64,000 bases of DNA from Anaerolineales bacterium (GCA_034430795.1 DAOUDJ010000209.1:3762-67761); one strand, 5' to 3'; shown: positions 1 through 9,265, counted from the stretch's first letter. The notes: generated by a model not told the origin, from the sequence alone. Translations and numbers: made by a program.

Positions 1-348
1 TTGAAGTTCTGGAGCATGTCCCGGTTGTAGGACTAACAGCGCGCCATGAGACTCGGCAACAAGTGGTTGGCGCAACTCTGATGCAACTGGCGTTTTCGCA
101 CTCGCCTGTAATCTGACCCGGTCAACATCGAGACCGCGAATGTCCGTCCGCCGCCATGCATCATCGCTCGTCGACGGCATCGGGAAATCCTTAAACTTCT
201 CCCATGCTGCCATCCGCTTTGCTTTAAACGCTTCTGACTCGCCAAGAGCTTGAGAGATACCCTCGACATCTTCACGTGTGAAGCTGAATTCCGGCGCTTC
301 CTGCTTTCGTACTACGCGTTTACGCCGGCTAACAGTTCGGGAACTCAT
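1..348 (-). CDS. sufD: Fe-S cluster assembly protein SufD, N-terminal 116 codons (gene continues past the left window edge)
   Basis: Absent from the ORF track because no stop lies in the window. Reverse-strand ATG at 348..346, about 60 nt downstream of the sufB stop. The frame is open to position 1 and reads MSSRTVSRRKRVVRKQEAPEFSFTREDVEGISQALGESEAFKAKRMAAWEKFKDFPMPSTSDDAWRRTDIRGLD... Both the sequence and the position after sufC-sufB fit SufD. Confidence 0.65.
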   Translation of the reverse strand, partial: MSSRTVSRRKRVVRKQEAPEFSFTREDVEGISQALGESEAFKAKRMAAWEKFKDFPMPSTSDDAWRRTDIRGLDVDRVRLQASAKTPVASELRQPLVAESHGALLVLQPGHAPELQ

Positions 349-407
349 GCTCTCAACAACCTCATCTTGAAATCTATCATTAGGATGACATGGACCGGTT
401 ACCGCTC

Positions 408-1820
408 TTACCCGATCGAGCCTTCCATCTGAAGCTGGATCAGACGGTTCATCTCTACGGCGTACTCCATCGGAAGCTCTTTAACCAGTGGTTCGATGAA
501 ACCGGAGACGACCATCGTGATCGCTTCTTCCTCGCTTAATCCACGGCTCATTAAGTAGTAAAGCTGTTCCTCGCCAACCTTGCTCACCGAGGCTTCATGC
601 CCGATGCTGACATCATCCTCGTCGATTTCAATATAGGGGTAAGTGTCCGAGCGCGATTGCGGATCCAGAAGCAGCGCATCGCAAACAACATTCGACTTCG
701 ATCCGACCGCACCGTCATGAACTTTCAGCAATCCACGATAGGATGACCGGCCGCTGCCCTGGCTTATCGATTTAGCGGTAATCTTACTGGTCGTATGTGG
801 TGCGACATGGATCATTTTCCCGCCTGTATCCTGATGCTGCCCGTCAGTGGCAAAAGCCATGGAAAGGATCCCGCCGCGTGCGCCCTTTCCCATCAAGTAG
901 CAGGATGGGTATTTCATCGTAAGTTTGCTGCCGATGTTGGCATCCACCCAGTCATGGGAGGCATCTTGAAAAACCATCGCCCGCTGGGTGACCAGGTTGT
1001 AAACGTTGTTCGACCAATTCTGAATCGTTGTGTAGCGGCTGCGTGCGCCGCGTTTGACGATGATCTCGATCACACCGCTGTGCAAAGAATCCGTCGAGTA
1101 AGTCGGCGCCGTACAGCCCTCCACGTAGTGAACATCCGCACCTTCGTCGACGATGATTATCGTGCGTTCAAATTGACCGATGTTGGCAACATTCAGGCGG
1201 AAATAAGCTTGAAGCGGGAGCTCCACTTTCACCCCGGGCGGGACGTAGACAAAAGACCCGCCCGACCACACCGCACCGTTCAATGCGGCGAACTTATTGT
1301 CGGTATAGGGGATGACCGTTCCGAAATATTCACGGAATAAATCTGGGTGCTGCCGAAGGCCTTCTTCTATGCTGAGGAATATTACGCCTTGTTCTTCGAG
1401 ATGCTCCAGGATGCTGTGGTACACCATTTCCGATTCGTACTGCGCACCAACGCCAGAGAGAAACTTTTGCTCGGCCTCGGGGATGCCCAGCTTATCGAAG
1501 GTCTCCTTGATCGAATCAGGAACATCATCCCAGGATTGCCCTTCCTTCTCCGCCGGTTTGACGTAGTAGTAAATATTATCCAGGTCAAGACCGCTGACAT
1601 CGCCACCCCAGGTTGGCATCGGCCGTTCTAAGAAGTGTTCGTATGCCTTCAAGCGGTATTCGAGCATCCACTTCGGTTCGCCTTTGATTGCCGAGATCTG
1701 CTCCACTACTTCTCGGTCCAAACCTTTACGGGTTTTGAATACCGAGACGTCGGGATCGCTAAATCCGTACTTATATTGATCAATATCTTGGAGATTCTTG
1801 AGATCCCCTGAAGCAGCCAT
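408..1820 (-). CDS. sufB: Fe-S cluster assembly scaffold SufB
   Basis: 470-aa ORF with full-length SufB-like sequence ([65 protein letters not shown]). Lies directly downstream of sufC. Confidence 0.95.
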   Translation of the reverse strand: MAASGDLKNLQDIDQYKYGFSDPDVSVFKTRKGLDREVVEQISAIKGEPKWMLEYRLKAYEHFLERPMPTWGGDVSGLDLDNIYYYVKPAEKEGQSWDDVPDSIKETFDKLGIPEAEQKFLSGVGAQYESEMVYHSILEHLEEQGVIFLSIEEGLRQHPDLFREYFGTVIPYTDNKFAALNGAVWSGGSFVYVPPGVKVELPLQAYFRLNVANIGQFERTIIIVDEGADVHYVEGCTAPTYSTDSLHSGVIEIIVKRGARSRYTTIQNWSNNVYNLVTQRAMVFQDASHDWVDANIGSKLTMKYPSCYLMGKGARGGILSMAFATDGQHQDTGGKMIHVAPHTTSKITAKSISQGSGRSSYRGLLKVHDGAVGSKSNVVCDALLLDPQSRSDTYPYIEIDEDDVSIGHEASVSKVGEEQLYYLMSRGLSEEEAITMVVSGFIEPLVKELPMEYAVEMNRLIQLQMEGSIG

Positions 1821-1835
1821 ACCGCCGAAGCCTCC

Positions 1836-2615
1836 CTACCCCTGTACCTTCCCATTGTGCTTTTCACGAACCCAATCGTAGCCTTGCTCTTCCAGGTGCT
1901 GCGCTAGATCTGCTCCGCCAGACTCAACGATCCGACCATCGAGCATAATGTGCACTTTGTCGGGTTTGATGTAATTCAGAATACGTTGATAGTGGGTGAT
2001 AATCAGGACGCCCAGATCGGGGCCGGCGAGTGTGTTTACACCATTCGCCACAATCCGCAGAGCGTCGATGTCCAGGCCAGAATCCGTCTCATCGAGAATT
2101 GCAATGGAGGGTTCCAGCGTTGCTAATTGTAGAATCTCGGCGCGCTTCTTCTCGCCGCCGGAGAAGCCATCGTTCAGGTAGCGACCCGCGAACTCATGCG
2201 CCATCTGGAGCAAGTCCATTTTCTCCTTCAGGAGCTTCCGGAATTCAGGGATCGGGATACCTTTATACTCTAGGTCCCGGGCTTTACGGTGAGCGTTAAT
2301 CGCCTGACGCAAGAAATTGGCGACGGAAACCCCAGGTATAGCGACGGGATATTGGAAAGCGAGGAACAGCCCCATCCGCGCCCGCTCATCCGTAGCCATC
2401 TCTGTCAGATCCTCCCCCTTGAAAAGAATCTGACCCTTCGTCACCTTATATGACGGGTGACCCATTAACACGTTCGCCAGCGTCGACTTGCCCGTTCCAT
2501 TTGGACCCATCAAAGCATGGATCTCCCCCTCGCGGACGATAAGGTTCACGCCCTTAAGAATCTCCTGTCCTTCGATGGAAGTATGCAAGTCTTTTACTTC
2601 CAATATATCCGTCAT
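1836..2615 (-). CDS. sufC: Fe-S cluster assembly ATPase SufC
   Basis: 259-aa ORF with Walker [13 protein letters not shown] signature FSGGEKKR and Walker [20 protein letters not shown] upstream. Confidence 0.95.
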   Translation of the reverse strand: MTDILEVKDLHTSIEGQEILKGVNLIVREGEIHALMGPNGTGKSTLANVLMGHPSYKVTKGQILFKGEDLTEMATDERARMGLFLAFQYPVAIPGVSVANFLRQAINAHRKARDLEYKGIPIPEFRKLLKEKMDLLQMAHEFAGRYLNDGFSGGEKKRAEILQLATLEPSIAILDETDSGLDIDALRIVANGVNTLAGPDLGVLIITHYQRILNYIKPDKVHIMLDGRIVESGGADLAQHLEEQGYDWVREKHNGKVQG

Positions 2616-2669
2616 AAAAATTCCTCCGCCCTCTTTTCCACGACCTTAATGGAGCGTGGACACCAAGGG

Positions 2670-2699
2670 ATTATAGCACGCACCGTTTCCAGATGTCAA
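2670..2699 (-). promoter_or_regulatory. sigma-70-type promoter of the sufCBD operon
   Basis: Minus strand reads AAATATTGACATC-tggaaacggtgcgtgc-TATAAT. The -35 TTGACA lies at 2699..2694, followed by an 18-nt spacer and the -10 at 2675..2670. This is about 45 nt upstream of the SD and ATG of sufC. Confidence 0.45.
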
Positions 2700-2788
2700 T
2701 ATTTGTGATAAATATCTAATATATTCCACCCGTTAATCACAGGGTATAAGGGTTTCCGCCCGAATTATAATCATAAATATCTGAAATA

Positions 2789-2818
2789 TTGACATCCGCT
2801 GGCAGGACGTGCTATACT
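2789..2818 (+). promoter_or_regulatory. sigma-70-type promoter of the sufR-like gene (probably leaderless mRNA)
   Basis: Reads AAATATTGACATC-cgctggcaggacgtgc-TATACT. The -35 is at 2789..2794, followed by an 18-nt spacer and the -10 at 2813..2818. The ATG at 2826 lies only 7 nt after the -10, and no SD is present. Confidence 0.45.
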
Positions 2819-2825
2819 GCGGAAA

Positions 2826-3458
2826 ATGGCCTCCAAAACCCGCGAAACGATACTACATACTCTACATGCCCGCAGCAGTTGCACAGTGAAGGAATTGGCT
2901 GAAGCGGCGGGCATATCCCCCGTTTCCGTGCGCCACCACCTGGGGAAATTGCAGATTGATGGCCTGCTGTGCATAGAGGAAGTGAAGCACGGCGTTGGTC
3001 GGCCACATCAATTGTTTTCCTTGACGGAAGAGGCTCACGAGCTTTTCCCCACCCGCTATCTCCGCCTAACCAATCGGCTTCTTGACCAGATGAAGGAATC
3101 GCTGCCCCTCATCTACTATGAAGGTGTGCTTACAAACATCGCCGATGCGATGGCCGAGGGATATGCCAGCCAGCTCGAGGGGCTTCCATTGACAGCGCGC
3201 CTGGTTCGTCTTATTGAACTGCTTAACGAAGAGGGTTTCACCGCGGAGTTTGAGCGGCGCGAGGACATCATCGTGATCCGTGCATTTAGCTGCCCATATT
3301 TTGCAATTGGACAGAAACACCCTGAGGTCTGCATGATCGATCAAACCTTCATCGCCAAGGCGCTATCCTTACCGGTCGAGCAGGTGCAAAGCATGCTGGA
3401 TGGTGATGCACATTGTGCCTTCTCTGTCCAGTTAATGAGTGAAAAAGAACATGAGTGA
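2826..3458 (+). CDS. winged-helix (ArsR/DeoR-like) transcriptional regulator, SufR-like
   Basis: 210 aa. N-terminal HTH (TVKELAEAAGISPVSVRHHLGKLQIDGLL). C-terminal half carries three Cys (CPYFAIGQKHPEVC ... HC). Divergent from the suf operon. Confidence 0.65.
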   Translation: MASKTRETILHTLHARSSCTVKELAEAAGISPVSVRHHLGKLQIDGLLCIEEVKHGVGRPHQLFSLTEEAHELFPTRYLRLTNRLLDQMKESLPLIYYEGVLTNIADAMAEGYASQLEGLPLTARLVRLIELLNEEGFTAEFERREDIIVIRAFSCPYFAIGQKHPEVCMIDQTFIAKALSLPVEQVQSMLDGDAHCAFSVQLMSEKEHE

Positions 3459-3795
3459 AGAAACAACCCCAACGACAATATGGGAAGCGGATTCAACCCA
3501 TCCAGAAGCAGCCAAAACGCTTCGGATTCGACTGCGCGAAGTGATGGACCCTGAGCTCGGGCTCAACATTATCGAATTGGGCTTAATACGAGATGTGACG
3601 TTCGATGAGGAGAGCGTCCAACTGAAAATGATCTTGACGACGCCCTTCTGCCCTTACGCAGCGGCGTTGATCGAAATGACACGCAGCAAAGCCATCGAAG
3701 CAACGGGGATTGAGACGATGGTCGAGCTCGGCATGGAGATGTGGGAACCATCGATGATGGAGGCTGGGACCGGCGGCGAGTGGGGGCTGTTCTGA
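3439..3795 (+). CDS. DUF59 / MIP18-family Fe-S assembly protein (SufT-like)
   Basis: 118 aa. Contains LREVMDPELGLNIIELGLIRDV and the conserved TTPFCPY motif. Overlaps the upstream stop. An alternative ATG at 3451 would give an ATGAGTGA overlap. Confidence 0.75.
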   Translation: MKKNMSEETTPTTIWEADSTHPEAAKTLRIRLREVMDPELGLNIIELGLIRDVTFDEESVQLKMILTTPFCPYAAALIEMTRSKAIEATGIETMVELGMEMWEPSMMEAGTGGEWGLF

Positions 3796-3826
3796 AGGTA
3801 AGGGCGGGATAATATCGCCTCCCGCT

Positions 3827-3861
3827 GTCATCTCGAGTCCAACGAGAAATCCCTATTACGA
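3827..3861. repeat. 35-nt dispersed repeat motif, left boundary copy
   Basis: Reads gtcatctcgagtccaacgagaaatccctattacga. Its last 19 nt (cgagaaatccctattacga) are identical to 4672..4690. Confidence 0.85.
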
Positions 3862-3940
3862 TCCTGTAGAGATCCCCTTCTATTAAGAATGAAACCCATC
3901 TTTCCCAAAGACCCGAACACCCTATTGAGTCGCCTCAGGG

Positions 3941-4640
3941 ATTTCTCATGGTCTGTTGTAATTGTAGGGGGTCCGGGGAAAAACTGTTCCCCCCGGAATT
4001 CCCGCTGGGGGGTTGGGGGGAAAATAACAGAGCACACCACCGGCCGGGCAGAAACCAGGTTAGCATTAACTCAACCGAGAATCGGTTAACTCCGCGAAAC
4101 AATCTCAACCTTTCTTGTGTGGAGATTGCCGCGTCTCCCTGACAAGATCTCAATGATAGGGACGGTAGTCGCATTTCTCACGGCCTCTTTTTATTGTAGG
4201 GGGTTTGGGGGGCAGAAAAAAATGAGCACGCCCCACACTGAGCAGAAACCGGATCAGCGTTAACTCAACCGAGAATCGATATGCTCAACGAAGCAATCTC
4301 CTCCTTTCTTGCGCGGAGATTGAGATCCTTCGACACCGCCCCCGACAAAACCGGGGATCAGAGGACAGGCCTCGCCCAGGCGGGCTCCTGACTAGGGCGG
4401 TATCCGGATTTCTCATGGTCTGTTGTAATTGTAGGGGGTCCGGGGGAAAACTGTTCCACCCGGAGCCCCCGCTGGGGGTTTGGGGGGCAGAAAAAATGAG
4501 CACCATACAGATCGAGCTGAACCCAGATCAGCATTAACTCAACCGAGAATCTATATGCTCAACGAAGCATTCTCCTCTTCTCTTGCGCTGAGATTGCCAC
4601 GTCGCCCTTGCGGGCTCCTCGCAATGACAAGCACGGAAAC
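3941..4640. repeat. three tandem copies of a ~233-bp non-coding unit
   Basis: The anchor 'atttctca' recurs at 3941, 4173 and 4408, giving periods of 232 and 235 nt. Shared blocks are attgtaggggg..tttggggggcagaaaaaatgagcac, agaaacc.g.t.agc.ttaactcaaccgagaatc, and caatctc(N13-15)gagattg. Copy 2 lacks a ~37-nt hairpin-forming insert (tccggggg..ccccgga) that copies 1 and 3 have. ORFs here are short and repeat-derived. Confidence 0.85.
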
Positions 4641-4655
4641 ACTTCGTCCCCCTTT

Positions 4656-4690
4656 GTCATTTCAAGCGAAGCGAGAAATCCCTATTACGA
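4656..4690. repeat. 35-nt dispersed repeat motif, right boundary copy
   Basis: Reads gtcatttcaagcgaagcgagaaatccctattacga. It is a direct repeat of 3827..3861. It also forms an imperfect inverted repeat with ctcctcgcaatgaca at 4615..4629. Confidence 0.85.
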
Positions 4691-4778
4691 CACTTAGAAA
4701 TTCACCTTGAATGAAAAAGACCTCTTTCCCAGAGGTCCAAGCACTCTCAATATTGAATATAGCAGGGAGAACGCAGTC

Positions 4779-5090
4779 CTACATCGCCACTCTCGTTTCA
4801 GATTCCACCCGCCGCCGATTGGAGATGAGCCCAATCAGGCTGACCCAACCGAGGAGAATACGAATGATCAACCCGATCGAGGTAACCGCCAATAAAAACA
4901 CCGTGGCGATCACAACGATGACCATCCAGCTCGAGAGCGGACCTCTGCCGTGATAGGTGACCAATCGAGCGCGCAATCGCCGGATAAACTGCACACTGGG
5001 CTCGACCGGGACAAGGGTGTCCGAAAGTAATTCTTCCAACCGCTTTTTACTTAGGCTTGCATCCATCTTTTTCTCATCCCGCTTTTTCAT
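4779..5090 (-). CDS. small single-pass membrane protein, putative anti-sigma factor
   Basis: 103 aa with one hydrophobic helix (WMVIVVIATVFLLAVTSIGLIIRILLGWVSLIGLI). Overlaps the 3' end of the ECF sigma gene by 17 nt. The assignment rests on context only. Confidence 0.45.
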   Translation of the reverse strand: MKKRDEKKMDASLSKKRLEELLSDTLVPVEPSVQFIRRLRARLVTYHGRGPLSSWMVIVVIATVFLLAVTSIGLIIRILLGWVSLIGLISNRRRVESETRVAM

Positions 5091-5670
5091 CTTTTACAGA
5101 TCTGGCTTCGGAGCTCTCTTCTTCAATACGCCTTGCTTCTGCACGCATGGTATTCAACGTCCGGTGATATAGGCTTTTTACCGCCCCCTCACTTCTACCC
5201 ATCACTTCTCCGACCTCCGCGTTCGACATGCGCTCGACAAATTTAAGGATCAATAACTGTTGCCGGTCGGGAGGGAGTTGCCGCACAATCGCCATCAGCA
5301 GCTCGGTCTCCTCATGCGCCATCGCCTCCGATTCTGGGTGCTCAGCCACTTCGCTCACCGCTACATGTTGATCGAGCGGGACGACAGGGCGACGACTGCG
5401 ATCGCGGTGCCAATTCGCAACCAGGTTGTGTGCGATGCGATACAACCAGGCGGTAAAGGGAACTCCTTTATCCTCGAACGTTGCCACATGCCGCAGAGCT
5501 CGCTGGAAGACCATCTCTGTCAAATCTTCGGCATCGTGATAGTTCCCCGTCCGATAATAGATGTAGTTGTAAATCTTCCGGATATGTCGCTCGTATAGCT
5601 CGCCGAAAGCCTCGGGATCTGAACCCGCTTGCCGCGCCAGCGCCATATCATCCATCGCCGGTTCTTTCAT
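5074..5670 (-). CDS. ECF-type RNA polymerase sigma-70 family factor
   Basis: 198 aa. Region 2 (YNYIYYRTGNYHDAEDLTEMVFQRALRH..FTAWLYRIAHNLVANWHR) and region 4 (LPPDRQQLLILKFVERMSNAEVGEVMGRSEGAVKSLYHRTL). Confidence 0.9.
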   Translation of the reverse strand: MKEPAMDDMALARQAGSDPEAFGELYERHIRKIYNYIYYRTGNYHDAEDLTEMVFQRALRHVATFEDKGVPFTAWLYRIAHNLVANWHRDRSRRPVVPLDQHVAVSEVAEHPESEAMAHEETELLMAIVRQLPPDRQQLLILKFVERMSNAEVGEVMGRSEGAVKSLYHRTLNTMRAEARRIEEESSEARSVKDEKAG

Positions 5671-5757
5671 TGCGCACCGGTCCTGAATCCTGAACTTCTA
5701 TAATGGAGAACACCAATATTCATCATTCGTTACCGTTGCCATGATCGTGATTTCGAA

Positions 5758-8628
5758 ATGAGTCCGCGCTCACACTTCTCCCTCAAAATGCCTTCGCAGT
5801 ATAGCATAGGGCACTATCAGGGATGCTATAATGCCCCCCTCAATCCTATGCAATCACTAATCTCCTTCGACCTCGAAACCACTGGTCTGGATCCCGCTCG
5901 CGATGCCATTATTGAAATCGGTGCGGTTCGATTTCGCGGCGACCGGGTCGAAGATGAATGGTCAGAACTCATCTTCCCCGGCCGCCCGATTCCCCCCGCC
6001 ATCGTTCAACTCACCGGCATCACGGACGCCATGCTCTCAAGTGCACCGCGGATCACTAATGTTCTCGCCGATCTGGATGCTTTCGTCGGCGACCTGCCCA
6101 TCCTGGGGCATAACATCCAATTCGACCTGGCATTCATGAAGCGCCGCGGCTTATTCGAACTAAATCCCTACCTAGACACTTTCGATCTGGCTTCTGTCAT
6201 GCTTCCCTCGGCTGGACGGTATGGTCTCCAAGCATTGGCTCAGTCACTCGGCGTGCCCGTGCGAGCTGCCCACCGGGCGATAGATGACGCCCACACAACT
6301 CGCCAGGTTTTTCTTCAGCTATACGAGGAAGCGCGGGCAATCCCATTCCCCATCCTGGAGGAGATTACGCGCTACGGAGAGGAGATTGAATGGGGAGCCG
6401 GCTGGGTATTCGATCTGGCCTACGGCGAGAGACGTGAGAAAGAAGAACCAACGAAGGGTGAATTCCCGACCCTGTTCCCAAAAGCCCTCATTCCGGAAGA
6501 AAAGCTAACCCCATCGGCTGAGCCTGGACCACTTGATGTGGAGGAGATCGCCTCCATTTTCGAGCCGGGTGGACAGATGGCAAAAGCATTCCCAGAATAC
6601 GAAGATCGTCCACAGCAGATCAGCATGGTGAGAGCGGTGACGGAAGCGCTCTCCGAGAGCAAGCACTTAATGGTCGAGGCGGGAACGGGGACGGGGAAAT
6701 CGATGGCTTACCTGGCGCCTGCCTTCGCATGGGCAGCACAAAATGGGCGGCCAGTGGTCATCTCAACCAATACGCTCAACCTCCAGGATCAATTGATCCA
6801 CAAAGACATCCCGGACCTGAACCAGGCTCTGGATACGGAATACCGTGCGGCTGTGCTTAAAGGACGCGGCAATTACCTCTGCCCCCGCCGCTTCAACACC
6901 TTACGAAGCCTGGGACCGAGATCACCGGAAGAGACACGTGTCCTCACCAAACTCCTTCTCTGGCTGACCAACGGCGGCAGCGGCGATCGCAGCGAGCTCA
7001 ACCTGCCTCGGGAGGAGTCTTTAGCCTGGTCGAGATTGTCTGCAGATAACGAGGACTGCTCAATCGAGAATTGCGTTCAACATACGGGTGGGACTTGCCC
7101 CTATTTCCGCTCTCGACTTGCAGCCGAGCACGCCCATATCATTATCGTTAATCACGCTCTCTTGTTAGCTGACATCGCCATCGGGAACCGCGTGATCCCC
7201 GAGTATCAATACCTTATCATCGATGAGGCGCATCACCTAGAGTCAGCGACGACCAACGGTCTGAGCTATAGCGTAACGGAGATGGAGGTTCAACGCGTGC
7301 TGCGCGACCTGGGAAGCCATACAAGGGGGCTCCTGCGCCAGATTTTAGAAGTCGCCCGCGCCTCGCTCCCTCCCGAGGGTGCCACACAAGTCGATCGTAT
7401 CATCAACGCAGTCTCCGACCGTACCGTCGAATGCATCGAGATGTCCAAGACACTTTTCGGACACATCTCTGAAGTACTTGAGAATCAGCGTGAAGGGCGG
7501 GAGCTGGGATTCTACGGGCAGCAGATGCGCATCGTACCCGCCACGAGAACACTCCCGGATTGGGAAAAGGTGGAGATCTCCTGGGAAAATCTGCGCGGCC
7601 CGCTCGCCAAGATCGTTGAGAAACTCGTAGAAATGGCAGATGATCTTGAAAGTCTGGCAGAGACGGGCGTCGATGCTGCGGAAAACCTGTCGGTCGCTGC
7701 ACGCATCGCCCGGCGCAGCCTCGGTGAGGTCTACAAACACCTCGAACGGATGATCTTCGAGCCGGACCCGGCGGATATATATTGGGCTAATGTCCGGCCC
7801 CCTGGCGAGCGCCTTTCGCTGCACGCTGCACCACTCGAAGTCGGACCGCTCGTGGAGCGCTATCTTTGGCACGAAAAGGAAGCCGTAATTATGACCTCGG
7901 CTACGCTCACAACAGCCGGCGACTTCGACTATATCCGTCGGCGGTTGTACGCGCAGGATGCGGACGAGCTGGCGTTGGGATCACCCTTTGATCACGAAAC
8001 ATCCACGTTGCTCTATCTCGTGAACGACATACCGGAACCCGTCCAACGACAAGCCTATCAGCGCGCTCTCGAAAGCGGATTGATCCGCCTGGTGAAGGAG
8101 ATCGGAGGAAAAACAATGGTCCTCTTCACCTCGAATGCCCAACTCCAGACAACCGCCCGCGCCTTGGCTGAACCTTTGACAAGTGAGGGCATTCATCTCT
8201 TCGAGCAGAGCCGGGGAGCCTCCCGCCACGCCTTGTTGGAGAGCTTCCGGTCGACAGAGCAAGCCGTCCTGCTCGGCACACGCTCTTTTTGGGAAGGGGT
8301 TGACATCCCCGGACCGGCGCTCTCAGTGCTTGGGATCGTGCGCCTGCCCTTTGCAGTCCCCAACGATCCAATAATCGCCGCTCGTGCAGACACGTATGAA
8401 TCTCCCTTTGATGAATATATGCTTCCCGAGGCCATCCTGCGTTTCCGGCAGGGGTTTGGCCGTTTGATCCGCACTCGCTCAGATCGGGGCGTCGTAGTGG
8501 TCTTCGATCGCAGGATCATCTCGAAATTCTACGGCCGCATGTTCGTCGATTCACTCCCCCGCTGCAGCGTCAAGCTCGGGAGCCTGGCAGAACTTCCGGA
8601 AGCAGCTTCTCGCTGGCTTGGTCTGTAA
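5758..8628 (+). CDS. dinG: DinG-family (XPD-like) ATP-dependent helicase with N-terminal DnaQ-like 3'-5' exonuclease domain
   Basis: 956 aa. Exonuclease motifs ISFDLETTGLD, GHNIQFDLAF and HRAIDDA. Helicase motifs EAGTGTGKS and DEAHH. Four Cys at 6880..7097. The true start may be the ATG at 5848 (MQSLISFDLE). Confidence 0.88.
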   Translation: MSPRSHFSLKMPSQYSIGHYQGCYNAPLNPMQSLISFDLETTGLDPARDAIIEIGAVRFRGDRVEDEWSELIFPGRPIPPAIVQLTGITDAMLSSAPRITNVLADLDAFVGDLPILGHNIQFDLAFMKRRGLFELNPYLDTFDLASVMLPSAGRYGLQALAQSLGVPVRAAHRAIDDAHTTRQVFLQLYEEARAIPFPILEEITRYGEEIEWGAGWVFDLAYGERREKEEPTKGEFPTLFPKALIPEEKLTPSAEPGPLDVEEIASIFEPGGQMAKAFPEYEDRPQQISMVRAVTEALSESKHLMVEAGTGTGKSMAYLAPAFAWAAQNGRPVVISTNTLNLQDQLIHKDIPDLNQALDTEYRAAVLKGRGNYLCPRRFNTLRSLGPRSPEETRVLTKLLLWLTNGGSGDRSELNLPREESLAWSRLSADNEDCSIENCVQHTGGTCPYFRSRLAAEHAHIIIVNHALLLADIAIGNRVIPEYQYLIIDEAHHLESATTNGLSYSVTEMEVQRVLRDLGSHTRGLLRQILEVARASLPPEGATQVDRIINAVSDRTVECIEMSKTLFGHISEVLENQREGRELGFYGQQMRIVPATRTLPDWEKVEISWENLRGPLAKIVEKLVEMADDLESLAETGVDAAENLSVAARIARRSLGEVYKHLERMIFEPDPADIYWANVRPPGERLSLHAAPLEVGPLVERYLWHEKEAVIMTSATLTTAGDFDYIRRRLYAQDADELALGSPFDHETSTLLYLVNDIPEPVQRQAYQRALESGLIRLVKEIGGKTMVLFTSNAQLQTTARALAEPLTSEGIHLFEQSRGASRHALLESFRSTEQAVLLGTRSFWEGVDIPGPALSVLGIVRLPFAVPNDPIIAARADTYESPFDEYMLPEAILRFRQGFGRLIRTRSDRGVVVVFDRRIISKFYGRMFVDSLPRCSVKLGSLAELPEAASRWLGL

Positions 8629-8707
8629 CCACACATTGACGCTCCTCGCCGCGTCCGACTATAATCAGCACACCAAATCTCAACACATAAGTCGAAGGAT
8701 AAAAAAC

Positions 8708-9265
8708 GTGATTGATGTCAACGAACTGCGAAATGGCGTAACCTTTGAGTTGGATGGAAACCTTTATAGAGTAATCGAGTACACCCATCATAAACCCGGC
8801 CGGGGCAAGGCCACGATCCGCACAAAAGTGCGCAACTTGCGCAGTGGCGCCGTGCTTGAGAAATCATTCACATCAAGTGATCGGGTACAGGACGTTCGGC
8901 TCGACTACCGCACCGCCCAATTCCTGTATTTCGACGGAGACTTATACCATTTCATGGACGTGGTTTCGTTCGAGCAGCCTGCACTTGACAGCGATGCGCT
9001 TGGAGATGCAGTGAATTACCTTACTGAAAACCTGGAGGTGAAGCTCACCTTCTACGATCAAGAACCGATCGAAATCGAACTCCCAACGGCGGTGGATCTC
9101 GAAGTCAAAGAGGCGGAGATGGCGGTGAAAGGCGACACTGCCACAGGCGCAAATAAAACCGTTACGGTGGAGACTGGCCTTAAAGTCCAGGTCCCTCTTT
9201 TCGTCGAGATGGGCAACAAAATTCGTGTCGATACCCGCACAGGCGAATACCTAACCCGGGTTTAG
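8708..9265 (+). CDS. efp: translation elongation factor P
   Basis: The ORF-track frame is trimmed to the in-frame GTG at 8708, giving 185 aa (VIDVNELRNGVTFELDGNLYRVIEYTHHKPGRGKATIRTKVRNLRSG...). The 30 upstream codons show no EF-P similarity. Confidence 0.93.
   Translation: MIDVNELRNGVTFELDGNLYRVIEYTHHKPGRGKATIRTKVRNLRSGAVLEKSFTSSDRVQDVRLDYRTAQFLYFDGDLYHFMDVVSFEQPALDSDALGDAVNYLTENLEVKLTFYDQEPIEIELPTAVDLEVKEAEMAVKGDTATGANKTVTVETGLKVQVPLFVEMGNKIRVDTRTGEYLTRV

Noticed and set aside
795-1340. 181-aa plus-strand ORF inside sufB, and similar long antisense or alternative-frame ORFs (7345..7872, 13980..14603, 19032..19703, 23931..24392, 25127..25621, 34768..35328, 45628..46266, 49823..50275)
   Set aside because: Each lies fully within a strongly supported conserved gene on the other strand or in another frame. 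Their compositions are Arg/Ser/Pro-biased, as expected for GC-rich shadow ORFs.
3941-4640. Possible CRISPR array in the repeat-rich gap
   Set aside because: The repeat unit is ~233 bp and the copies abut each other with no unique spacers. No cas genes are nearby. I called it a tandem repeat instead.
8618-8707. N-terminal 30 codons of the ORF-track EF-P ORF
   Set aside because: The stretch overlaps the dinG 3' end and has no EF-P similarity. An in-frame GTG at 8708 yields a standard 185-aa EF-P.
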